From Vicugna vicugna (lineage: Eukaryota): a stretch of 64,000 nucleotides of DNA. The notes beneath the pieces were generated by a model. The model was not told the DNA's origin and ran no database searches. It worked only from the letters and a program-made list of their open reading frames with translations. The position numbers were made by a program, and so were the translations under genes. Positions 1 through 10,656 of the stretch are shown here, piece after piece (within the stretch, counting starts at the first letter, position 1; the number at the start of each line of letters is the position of its first letter). The stretch lies in the NCBI GenBank assembly GCA_013265495.1, contig MU061538.1, positions 2,510,865-2,574,864 on the forward strand, given 5' to 3'.

Positions 1-969
1 TCACATGATTCTCCATCAGGGACCGGATGACTCTGAAGGGTGTGCGTGTGAGAGAGAGAGAGAGAAAATGCATAAAGGTACGTATGTATTTATTTGTGGG
101 TGGGTTGTGCCCTCCCCCCATTTTTCTGTCTTTCTTTCTATTCACTCATTTATTTTAAAGAATCTGCGGTAGGCCCTGTGATGAATCATCTCCTGGGTGG
201 AGAAGGATCGGGAAGAAAAAATGACGAAAAAAGAATAAAATTATCTGGACTTACTCTGTCTCAAAATGGTCATGCAATCCATTCTGATTTTGCTTATTGG
301 AGCAATAAACAAAACAGGGCATAAATCATGTGGGATTCTGACGAGGAACTCAGTGCAGCAGAGTTTACCCATTTATCTTCCTGAGCTAATTCAGGGGACT
401 AAAAAGCTTCCCCACAAAACAGCACTTGGAGGAGAGCAGCCAAGCTGCTCTTCTGGCTCCTTAAGCCGCCACGGTGAGAGGCGCCAAAAACTGCGTTTTT
501 AATGTTGAATGATGCATGTTCCCTGAGTCCTCCCCCGTGCTTGCACGGCGGGTAACATAAAGATGCAAGGTACACGCCCGGCCCCAGAACAGCGCCTGAC
601 ACGTCGCAGACACCCATGTGCGTTCACAGAAGAGGGATGCCCAGCTGGTGCCCACGGAGTCAGGCACCCAGGCCACTGTGTTGCTTCCCCAGCCTGGCAG
701 CCTCCACCTCGCGCCCCTTGGTGGCTGCTGCAGGCCCAGCCATCACAGAATTTTCAGCTAGCAGGAGACAACAAAGCGAAGAAGGGCACATGTCCTCCAT
801 GATCGGGCACTTCCTAGCAGTGAATTTAGAGCAAGGTCTCACCCACCTTTAAGGGAGGCTGTGGAACGGAGTCCTTGTGCCAGGAGAAGGGCAGCTACTG
901 GGGGCCCAGGAGGGGTGTTTTGGAGAACAGAAAAGGGGAAAGCATGACAGCCCACTCTCTTTAGTACAC

Positions 970-1050
970 TGGGGGTGGAGACCAGGAATCTGCCTCTTCA
1001 AGCAGCTCACTCAGTAATCGTGAAGCGTGTGGTCTCTGGACTAGTCAGAG
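970..1050. mobile_element. MER5-like hAT-Charlie fragment
   Basis: ggggtggagaccaggaatctgcctcttcaagcagctc resembles the MER5 consensus. Confidence 0.5.
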
Positions 1051-1336
1051 AAGCCCCAGCCGGCTCGCCTGCACCTGTGGCTCTTTCCCACATGCCAGTC
1101 GTCAGCCGTGTGGCTGAACAAAACGCCGACCTCACATGAGCCATCCAGTTTATCCTCAGCGCCGTCCTTCACGGAATTATTTTAAACCAATTTAATTGTA
1201 TATGTTGGTAAAAATAAGAATAAAAATGAATATTTTATATATTTTATCTTTAATATATTTTTAATAAAATATATAAAATATCTTATTTTATTTTTATATT
1301 TAATATATTTAAGCAAAATACATAAAATATTTTATA

Positions 1337-1489
1337 NNNNNNNNNNNNNNNNNNNNNNNNNNNNNNNNNNNNNNNNNNNNNNNNNNNNNNNNNNNNNNNN
1401 NNNNNNNNNNNNNNNNNNNNNNNNNNNNNNNNNNNNNNNNNNNNNNNNNNNNNNNNNNNNNNNNNNNNNNNNNNNNNNNNNNNNNNNNN
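1337..1489. other. Assembly gap (153 N)
   Basis: Run of N, with an extremely AT-rich tract on the left (~1180-1336) and GC-rich (CCCCCGG)n on the right. Confidence 1.
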
Positions 1490-2150
1490 GCCCCCGGCCC
1501 CCGGCCCCCGGCCCCGGGCGGGAGGCCTGCAGAAACCGCGCTCTGGCTCCAGGGCCGCCCGAGCCGCTCCACGCCCGCGCCCGCCGACCGCAGGCCTGCC
1601 GCGGCCTGCCTGTCAGCCCTCCCGAGGCCGAAGCATGGCAGACCTTTCACGTAACCCGGGGGGGTCTTCACGGAACCGGGCCTGAAACAACCTCGTTGTG
1701 CAAAGTCGCGTTTCGCGTGACGAGGCTCCGGGAAGAGGCTTCCGTCTCGGGCGCTCGTCCGGCCCCCGGGGCTTCCGGCAGGCGCAGACCCAAGCCGGGG
1801 GCTCCTTCGGGGCTCCTCGGGGTCTGAGGCAGTCCCGGCCCGAGACGCTCGGCCTGCTCCGCCGCCCCCCGAGCGGCCCGTCTGCTGACCGTGAGGGCCG
1901 GGCGTGCCGACACGGGTCGTGCCGCTGCGCTTTTGGAGAGAAGGCTCGGCCCTGAACAGGAGCCCAGCAGCCTGCGCACGGCCAGGCCGTCGCGGCGGCG
2001 CCTGGCGCCCTGAGGCCCGTGCGGTGCCGCCCTGAGTTTTGCACTCGACCGGCCCCGGCTGGCGAGCTGTGCTCCGGCGTCAGCAGCCAGCCCGGCGGGG
2101 ATGAATTTAGGCCATGGAAGGACGTCGTGAGACGCGGTGTTGGACTGGGA
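1490..2150. promoter_or_regulatory. CpG island / probable promoter
   Basis: Very high GC and CpG density. GC boxes (GGGCGG), ETS-like CGGAAG on the - strand (cttccg at ~1739 and ~1772), CRE/E2F-like gtcgcgtttcgcgtgacg near 1705-1722. Confidence 0.8.
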
Positions 2151-3099
2151 GTGAACTTCAGCTGGACGAAAGCTGAGTAGATGCTCAGCTGGTGGACACA
2201 GCGGCTTAAAAATTACATCCAACTGGCTCCTAAATGCGCCTCTAAATTTCTGTGCTTCCCATGCCTGGGAAGCAGCATCCTCAGCGGGGAAATGCCCCAG
2301 CTCACATTCTTCTGTCCATCGTTAGCAGCTCCATAAATACTTACTAGTGCAACACACAGCATGGTTGGCTGTACTTTGCAAACCAATCGCCCCGGGGTGG
2401 GGGGGGGGCGGGCAGCACCGCCTGCCTGGTGTCTTCATGGTGCTGTCATCAGGGTTCAACAGTCAAGAATGGAGACCAAAGTCAAAAAAGCCCACCGCGC
2501 CCTCCCCTCTGACCGCCTAGACGGGCAGCCCCGGGGCAGAAGGCAGGATGCGGCTGCACAGACGCTGGAGGTCCAGGTGTGGGGCCTCTTCCTTTCAGCT
2601 GCCAAGGAGCAGACACACCCAGGACACGCAGGACAGTCAGGACACGTCACCAGGATGTGCACCTGTTTGGATCTGGTCTCTCCTCCAAGAGGGGAGGTTC
2701 TCAAAATAAAGAAAAATCCCTTTCCCAAAATCTGCCCAGAAAGTGAGCGATGCTCAGGCAGAAGCCCCTTAACCGGCCCTGAGGCTTGTGCTGGGGGCTG
2801 CGTGTGAACAGCCTCTTTGGGAGTTTCCAACCTGCCCCCACCCCCGCTCACTTCCTGTCCTGCCCGATGCCTACTTCCCCACGGCCCTGCCACCTACAGA
2901 GCACTCCAAAGGGAACAGCTGTGGGGACCAGGTTGGAAGGGATCCCCGAGTGCCTGCGTCAGGACAGGAGAGGCGCTGGGCACAGGCTGTGCCCTGGGCG
3001 GGAAACCGGGCAGGCACGGTGGCGCCTCCCTCGGGCACCAGATAGAGGCTGGGAGTCAAAGCCCCCAGCCCTATGTGGTAGTGAATCTAAAAAGAGAGG

Positions 3100-3685
3100 G
3101 GTCTAAAACAGCACAGCCACCTTGGATAACAATGTGGTAGCTTCTTACCAGCTGACACATACGTCTGTACGACCCAGTGATTTCCCTCCTAGCTGTTTTA
3201 CCCAAGAAAAGTGAAAGCATGAGGCTGTAAGATGTTCCGTATGCAGACGTTCCCAGCAGCTTTACTCGTAATAGCCCTGAGCTGGAAACTACTCAAATGT
3301 CACATGGTGAAGGCACAGATTAATGACGGGCTATCCATGTACTGGACCACTTCTCGGCAATAGAACATATGACCCACGGACACTGGCAATGACGTGGGTG
3401 AATCCCGGAACCAACGATGCTGACGAAGAGGCCAGGCACACAGGACCCCATGTATGGCTCCGTATAGAAGACACTCTAGAGAAGGCAGCACTATAGAGAT
3501 GGATGCCAGGGGCAACCATGGGGGGCGGGGGACGGGCACAGGGGACTGTTTCGGGGGGATGGGAATGAGCCCTAGCTTGTTGTGCAGGTGTTTCTGTGAT
3601 TGCTCCCGTTGGTCAAAACCTAATGAAAACTTATCATTTAAAAAGTGTGAGTTTTATTGTAAGTAAGTTATGCTGCAATGAGGCT
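3100..3685 (+). mobile_element. Old L1 (L1M-type) 3' end
   Basis: gacccagtgatttccctcctag...cagcagctttactcgtaatagccc...ggaaactactcaaatgtc resembles the L1 ORF2 end and 3'UTR. Confidence 0.75.
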
Positions 3686-4287
3686 GTGATCACACGGATG
3701 TGACCAGGGCAGGCTTGTCTCTCTCAGGTCCAGATGACCACCCCTCCTGCGGCCCCTGAGTGCTACTTTCCTGGTCTAGGCTGCCATGACGTCTCATCTG
3801 CACCAGGGTCGCCAACGTCCAGCGCCCTGGAGGGACAGTCTGGAGCAGAGACGAGAGGAGGTGACGTAGAAGCAGAGCCGGCCAGACGAGACAGCAGGGG
3901 AGAAGCCTGCCTTTCCACTGACCACCCCGTGGCCAGCACGGTCCCGGCTCAGGCTGGGTGCCCGGTTATTCCGCAGCAGGAGCAGGTGCACAGCACATGC
4001 TGCAAACATCTGGCCGGCTCAGCCACCCTGGGGAGTCAGCCAAAGGCACCCGGCGTCTCTTTAGGAAAAGGTCTGTGAACAAGAACAGAGCTGACCTCAG
4101 GGATGTGGGCAGATCCTTCTCAGGTGACTGACTCTCAGGCCCCGTTGAAAGGGTTCAGCCTACGTGCCTCTAACTCTGCGTGGCTTGGGACTGGCCCCGA
4201 GGTTCCTCGAGAAGGCCAAGGCCGTGTGCACACTGCGCGCAGCCCAGCTCCAAAACGCACGAATCCAAAGACGCGACTTCCCCGCTG

Positions 4288-4306
4288 AGCCCACTAGGTG
4301 GCGCTC
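4288..4306 (+). promoter_or_regulatory. CTCF-binding motif
   Basis: agcCCACTAGGTGGCGCtc, a near-perfect match to the core CCACYAGGKGGCGC. Confidence 0.65.
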
Positions 4307-6155
4307 CCGTCAAGCCCCAGCCCAGATGCATCCCTGCCCCTTTCTGGGGACGAATTCAGAAGACAGAACCGCAGGCCCCAGCTCACCTCCGTGGTGCAGA
4401 CTTCAGTGCACAGCACGTTTACTGAGTATCATCAAACACGTGCTCACCTGTGACCTGCCACTACTTCTCTGCATCTGTCAAGATGACAAGGAAATGAACG
4501 TTTCAGGGGAAACGTCCATCACGTGTTCCCAGAGCCAGAAGCGTTACTTCTCAGCTCCAGATATAATCCCGGAGGGTCACTGAGTGACGGCAGCAAGTGA
4601 AGAGGGGCAGGGCCGGCTGACCCCAGATCCAACCCAGAGACACCTGAGTAACTGCAGAAACCCTCCTGAGGGCTCATCCTCCGAGTCGCCGGTCTAACGG
4701 ATGTGGGGGCTTGTATCTTCTTATTAGACAATACTGCTTAATTAATGAACTCATTTCCTCCAACTGTCAGCCAACATCTGTGGACTCCCTCCTGTGTGGG
4801 GAACAATTTGAGGATATGAACGTTCGGGTCCACAAGGCACCTGACAAAATGATGCACCATGCGTGTTTTCACCTCATTTCCAAGTGGGTTTGTTTGCTTG
4901 AAAACCTTTAGATGTGGCAGGCGAGTAGATGATTCAATGGGAAAGAATGGTTGAAACAGGCGCCCTTCGCACGTGGCTGAGGGAGCCTGGTAGCTCAGGT
5001 CCTGAGGTGCAGCCTCCCCTGTGCTGTTCTTGGGCAGCCCTGCTCCCGTCCCGGGCAACAGCCTCTGGGGCCACTGACACAGGCCAAGCTCCTTCCAGCA
5101 AAACCCCTCCTTCTGACACCTTAGAATTCAGGAGAGAACGGTGTGAGGCAGTAAATTCATCTTGCAATAGGATCTAAACCTGCTGTTCAGAAAAAATCAT
5201 CTATCTACACAACAAGGTAGCCATTTAATGCAAGGATGCATCACAGTGTAAAATGAGAAGCAAGCTCACTCGAGGAGCTCAGAGCTGGAGGGGATTTTGA
5301 CGTTGGGGCTTGAAGCATCAGAAGGATGTGGACACAAGATGCACCACAGCAGGAAGTCCCTGGCGTCTGTGTGTGGGGTGGGGCGGAGGATGGGGTGAGC
5401 AGAGGAGGGATGCACCTTCTTCTGGGAGCGGTGACTGCACTCATCACCGATGTGGTCTTTTATGGAAGCAGGTCCAGCACGCAGGAGGCACTATGTGTGT
5501 CTTTCTCCCTCTAACTGCAGGCAAGACCCATCGATCACGGCATTCTTCCCCACAGGCCCAGGCATAGCTCTAGACTGCCTCTAAACCCAGAGCTGCAGGA
5601 AGCTGTCAGAATTGATCAGAGCTAGCACTGAGTACGAAATTTATTTTCCGTCCAAATGTAGGGAAATTGTGGGGAGGGTGATGAAATAGATTTGGCTGCA
5701 TAATGGAAGCTCTTGGTTCCACCATGAAGAGAGCCTGTAGTGCATTCTGCACACCGAAGTAGGCACTTAAATGCACCATCTCCTTATTCTGCAGTATTTC
5801 ATAAAACCGTTACATGAACCCTATGAGTCAGGCATTTTATTTCCAATATATATGGGGAGTAATTGTGCCCAGGGAAGCAAAGTTAACTTTTCCATGATTA
5901 CACAGTAGAGAGGCTGACTGGGGATGCAGTCCCAGATCGATTTGACTTTAAAGTTCATGTTCTTTTGGTAATGCTTGCTAAGAGTCTGGACTTCAGGGGA
6001 GGGAGGGAAGGAAAGAGGCTGGAGTGGAAGGGAGCAGGAGGGGGAAGCAGCGCTGAGACCACATCCTACAGGAGATCTCAGAGCTGTCCATAGTCCTGAA
6101 ATGTTGTGAAAGCCAGTAATGTAGGCTTCTCCCTGCCTGATGCCACGGCAGAGAC

Positions 6156-6272
6156 ATGGAAGGTGCCATTCTAAGAACTCGCTTTCTCCTATATTTTGGC
6201 TTCAAGTTGGCACTTCCTCGATGCATGCAAATAGCTCTGTTCCTGCAACTTTCGGCAGATCTGCAGAGCAAA
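6156..6272 (+). pseudogene. LRRC37-like exon 1 (signal-peptide-like)
   Basis: Strong Kozak gacATGG. Translates to MEGAILRTRFLLYFGFKLALPRCMQIALFLQLSADLQSK. Donor AAA|gtaggt in phase 0, matching the next exon. Confidence 0.6.
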
Positions 6273-7589
6273 GTAGGTCTGAGCGAAAGGTCCAGCAGCA
6301 GGGTCCTGGGGGTTCAGGTGGAAAGAAACGGCTGGGAAGGAAATGTGGAGGCACTGCCACTGTGCTGGGAATTCTCACCGCTCCCCTCATGAACTGGCTG
6401 CCTTGAATCTTCTCATGCACCAGGCTCAACTCGCAACAGCCACAGATTTAATTAGAGGGACATGGCATATAAACCCTTGAAATCTGTCTTCATTTTCCAA
6501 GAGAGCACCAGACACCCTAATCACATCAGTGTGGTCTTCACACTGAGCGCTCCCCCATCCATGCCTCAGTGCTCCCCCGCTAGGCCTCCTAATTGAATCC
6601 AGGCTCCTAACCATCCCTTTCCTTCCCTCTACAAACACGCATAAAACTAATCTAAGTCTGCCATCTTCTCCATGTCTCCCTCTGCTCGGTGTTCAGTGTG
6701 TTCTTATTGTGAAGACCCATCACGCTGGGGTGGGGTTTAGTTTAGGTCTTCCTCACTCCAGGCTCCTCCTAAACCCACCCGAGCCTCTCTCTCCCCATGC
6801 AGAGTCCCATGAGAACAGCCCTCCTCTGGCCTGGCCTGGCACCCCTCTAATTCCAGGAAGATGCTGGCTCATTGCAAAGGTCAAGCCTGTTTAATGATTT
6901 ATCTGACATGGAATATCTCCTCTCTGTCTCCACCTATTAAATGGAACAAATCAAAACTTACTCAACTGTAAGGCTCAGCTCAAGCCAGACTTCCCCTATG
7001 AGATCCTTTACGAGATCCCCGATACCTACAGCCTTCTCTTCTTCTGTGTTCAGTCTTTAAAATACCCATTTGAGGCACTTAATATTGTTGTAAAAGTCTG
7101 TGTCTTTCCTTTTCAACAAGATTTTGAACTTTGTAAGGATCACAACCGTGCTTTTTGTCGCTCAATTCAATAAACATTTGTTGACATATATTGTCTTTTC
7201 TGCTTCCACTGGAGGGAAAAAAAGAATGTCTTAAAGATGAACCGTAGTAAGTCAAATAGAGATGAGATTAAAGCAGAACTTACTGGGCGTTGAGAGTTGT
7301 AGATAGTCGAGGCCACAGACATCTTTTTAAAGAGAGAAATTAAAATCACGTGGGCACTGTAATTACCTGAGTGTCATGGAACAAGTCCCAGCTTTGAAAA
7401 ATTATAAAAGGGAGTTTTACTACTGTCGGGGTATGTCATTCCTCTCCTTGCAACAGAAAGGATCTGAGTTAGCTAGAAAGTAAAGCCTGATAATGTTCAA
7501 TTATGAGACTACAAATACATACTGGGGACGTAGTACAGTGTTAAGAAATCGCATTCCCAGGCACTCACTAGAAGCAAAATGCTCTGCTG

Positions 7590-7790
7590 CGCATTTTGCA
7601 AGTATCACTCCCTTTAATTCTTACAATGTGCTTGCAAGGTTCGAGCTTTTATTAGCATCTTTCTCAAAATATGGAGACTAAGGTCTGCGGAAGCACCACA
7701 ACTCTCGCGATCACTCAGCCAAGAGTCAGCTGCAGGCTGGGGTCCACATTCAGGCCTGTGTGCCTGCGGGGCTTCAGTTCTTAACTCCTG
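7590..7790 (-). mobile_element. MIR SINE
   Basis: tttaattcttacaa...tattagcatctttctcaaaatatggagactaagg is a MIR core. Confidence 0.6.
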
Positions 7791-7855
7791 CGTCACGATG
7801 CTAGGCCGGTGCGGGGCACTGTGATATGCGCTCAACCTACACACCTATTTTCCAG

Positions 7856-8010
7856 ATAAACGGAACGCTCTTCTGTGCCTCAGTCTGTAAAGTTAGAGAG
7901 GAATCCTGGGGGGAAGGAAACCACGTCTCAGAGGATTGTTCTCACAGACACAGAATGTGACTCCACAAGCCAACCGGAATTCCAGAGGAATGCAGCTTTT
8001 GTACACGTCT
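7856..8010 (+). pseudogene. LRRC37-like LRRNT exon
   Basis: Acceptor cctattttccag. Translates to INGTLFCASVCKV...VSEDCSHRHRM*LHK, with TGA at 7958-7960. A shifted frame gives PEFQRNAAFVH. Phase-2 donors after 8010 or 8025. Confidence 0.65.
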
Positions 8011-8477
8011 GTTTGTTGGGCACAGGTAAACAAGCAAGGCTCGGGCGACAACACCCACGGAAGAGGGTGTGACACATAAGCAGAAGCACCGTCGACGACG
8101 TCCCCGTTTCTGCCCCGCGTTGCTCCATCTGCCAGAGCCCAAAATGCCAGCGCTGCCTACCTGAGGGCTCTGCCCAGGTTTTAAAAAGTTGATTTCCGTT
8201 ACGGAAGGACTGATTTTGCTCTGTCCATGTGATTTTCAGAATGACCCTAATACATGTGGGAAATCATAATTATACAGAAATAAGTATATTTTAAAAAGCA
8301 CTCAAGCCAAAAGGAAAACTAACCCAAGAAGAAAGAGTCACGTCAGGCAGGTGTCAAGACCCGGCCAGGTCGACCAAAACGCCCACGGACACGCAGCACG
8401 GAACGGACCCCCGCCAGGGAGCGTTCGGCTGGCTCTGATCGCGATTATGAAAGACTGCCTTATTTTGTTGAAATTCG

Positions 8478-8543
8478 ATATATTCAGTGGAACACTTTAT
8501 GTTAAAAATAACTAGCTTCAGTTTTGGCTTGGTAAACAAATCT
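8478..8543 (+). pseudogene. LRR1 exon remnant
   Basis: YIQWNTLC*K*LASVLAW*TNL| versus recalled LRRC37 NFQGNYI...SWTEKL|. CT|gt phase-2 end; acceptor mutated. Confidence 0.45.
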
Positions 8544-8590
8544 GTGTAAAAGACACATGTCCTTTAAGAATACAATTTTTGAAAATTTAG

Positions 8591-8667
8591 TATGCGACCA
8601 TCAAGCAGGTCTGCCCTGAGCGTCTCCATCTTTAAACAGATGAAAACTCAGCTGGCCTGCGATACAT
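8591..8667 (+). pseudogene. LRR2 exon remnant
   Basis: Acceptor aatttag. SSRSALSV, then a frameshift, then GLRY|. Donor decayed. Confidence 0.45.
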
Positions 8668-9348
8668 GCACACGGGGTCCTTCCAGGCTCCAGCCGGGAG
8701 GTCACAGCTGGAGGAGGAGCAGGCTGAGCACGGGACAGGGAGGTCTCTTTCTGGCTTGTGCAAGAGACAGAAAGCAGGCCCCCCCCCCCGCAAGAGATTC
8801 TTCCTCCCTTGGCAAAAAGGAAGGAAACCAGAATTCATCGGGCACTGAAAAATGAATCCAATCCTTCTCTGTGACTTGTTGGAAAGCCTGAAGCTAACGG
8901 GAAAAAAACCCCATGTTATAAAGGACAAAAATCCCGTCCTGCAGAGACTGAATGGCCTCTGGCTTGCAGTGAAGAACAGTGGGAGCGAGGGAGGAAAGGC
9001 GAGGTGAGCATTTGAGGGAAAGGTACAGATCTTGATGTCTCCAGAATTATCAAGACAGGCTTTCAGGTTTTTGGTCCTTTGAGTCACATAAATTTAAATA
9101 TTTTAATAGAGACACTTCTGTTTTGAAAAGATAGCTGTGCTTCCCTCTCTGCCCCAAACCCACCTCCGGGGCTGTGTCCTCCTGCCACCTGGTGGAACAC
9201 GTACACAACTGACGGAGGGCTCCACCAGCCCCTAATGCAGGCGGTTGAAGGTGCAAAGGCTCAAGGCCTAGAGGCCCATCCAGCATGGAAATCTGCCCTC
9301 TCCTTAATACATATAAGACTTCGACAATATTTGAAACTAACTACTTCA

Positions 9349-9423
9349 TTTATTTTCCATAAACGGTCTTATGACAAAGAGGAAGAGTTTGGGTGGTTGA
9401 GCGATGCCATTTTTGGAGCGGCT
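9349..9423 (+). pseudogene. LRR3 exon remnant
   Basis: FSINGLMTKRKSLGG*AMPFLERL with CT|gtcagt phase-2 donor, about 72 nt. Compare recalled DLSCNKI...PLPFLKFI. Confidence 0.6.
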
Positions 9424-9970
9424 GTCAGTTTCCATGGTGATGAGATGGGCCACAGACATCCTCATCCACCAGAGGTTGTGTCCCGTAAATGTGATGAGTA
9501 CCCTGCTACACCTTTCATTCGTATGAGTCCTTGGAAAAGAAAGAAATTAGCCCCACTGAAAATCTGGTATTTACGGTTACAATGTAACCCAAGGGAGCTG
9601 TTTTGTGGGCATGGGGTTGAGACGGAACCAGGCCAAGCTGGATTCCAGCTCTTCTGGACACCAGCTGTGAGAAGATGGAGAGCTCCTTTACCTCTTGGAG
9701 TTCTCACCGTGAATGGGGAAGAAGGACGCTTTCCTTGCAGGGCTGTTGTGCAGGGGTAAATGCGCATGAAACTCAATAGATAATGGCGATGATTATTACT
9801 ATGGTTACTTTAAAAACACTGAACGCAGCTCACTCGATGTCAGCATCCTCTGCAGGGGGGTGGGTGGGGGGCACAGCCTCATCATGAGCCCTGAAACCAA
9901 GCCCACGGCACAGACCACCTCGTCCTTAGATTTGCAGCTGGTCTGGCAAACTCTCGTGCCAGGTTTTCAG

Positions 9971-10057
9971 AACCCATTTTTCCCGAATTCTAACTGGTGC
10001 AGTAAAATATTAACACCATGTGTCAAGCACAAAATGCTTTACCAATTTCTATAAGAT
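9971..10057 (+). pseudogene. LRR4 exon remnant
   Basis: Acceptor gttttcag. Different frames give NTMCQAQNALP and QFL.K, with donor AT|gtaatg. Compare recalled GTFQAWHGMQFLHKL. Confidence 0.5.
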
Positions 10058-10177
10058 GTAATGAAATATCCATCATCTACAAAAAATTCCATTGCTCCCA
10101 GAAGGGGTAGACAAACCTCAAGGCATAATTATACTCCTGCCTGCCGAGACCTTGGATGATGCATTGTCTGCTTGAAA

Positions 10178-10231
10178 AATAATAGTCATTCCTCCTTGGT
10201 GAAAAACAGGGGAGTTTCTACCTGAAATATG
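10178..10231 (+). pseudogene. LRR5 exon remnant
   Basis: SHSSL...YLKY across a frameshift. Compare recalled ILxHNPL...LKYL. Heavily decayed. Confidence 0.35.
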
Positions 10232-10274
10232 CTTGAAACGAACAATGCCTATGGATACTTCGTTTTTACTACAG

Positions 10275-10345
10275 TGGGTCATCTTCAGTTTCTTGGGGCT
10301 TGATTTTTCTCATAGTCTAACAGAAACGATTAATCACATTTTGCT
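10275..10345 (+). pseudogene. LRR6 exon remnant
   Basis: Strong acceptor cttcgtttttactacag. Phase-2 frame GSSSVSWGLIFLIV*QKRLITF. Compare recalled GTTQVSL...LEKL. Confidence 0.5.
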
Positions 10346-10416
10346 GCGTATTTCCATGCATCTTTCATTTATCTGAAGTCCAAATGAAGTTATTTTCTCC
10401 ATGTTTGTTTTCCAAG

Positions 10417-10656
10417 GATGCACCCATATTCTACATACACAGAGCAGCAAACGGACAGTAGCAGCCGTACACGCCGCGCTGTGACGAACGCGCTCCTGCA
10501 GAACCACGTTTTGTAGCAGCTCCTACCGTTTGTTTAAATTTGCCTGGAAACATGAGGATGCTTCGCCCTAAATATTCACAGAAATCCACACATCGCCAGC
10601 AGCACAACCCAATTTCTTTGTACGTTTCCCGAACAGCTCATCTTTAAAAAAAAAAA
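10417..10656 (+). pseudogene. Cys-cap exon remnant (240 nt)
   Basis: Strong acceptor tttgttttccaag and donor AAA|gtgaga. MHP, KRTVAAV and PRCD appear across frameshifts. Compare recalled ILP...KNSIEAV...LHC. Confidence 0.55.

Noticed and set aside
1309..2222. ORFs across the CpG island and gap
   Set aside because: Arg/Pro/Gly-rich products of stop-poor GC sequence; one spans the Ns.
9424..9522. Extra LRR-like reading SFHGDEMGHRHP...LLHLSF
   Set aside because: It lies just after the gtcagt donor, and the LRRC37 exon series is complete without it. Probably intron, though not excluded.
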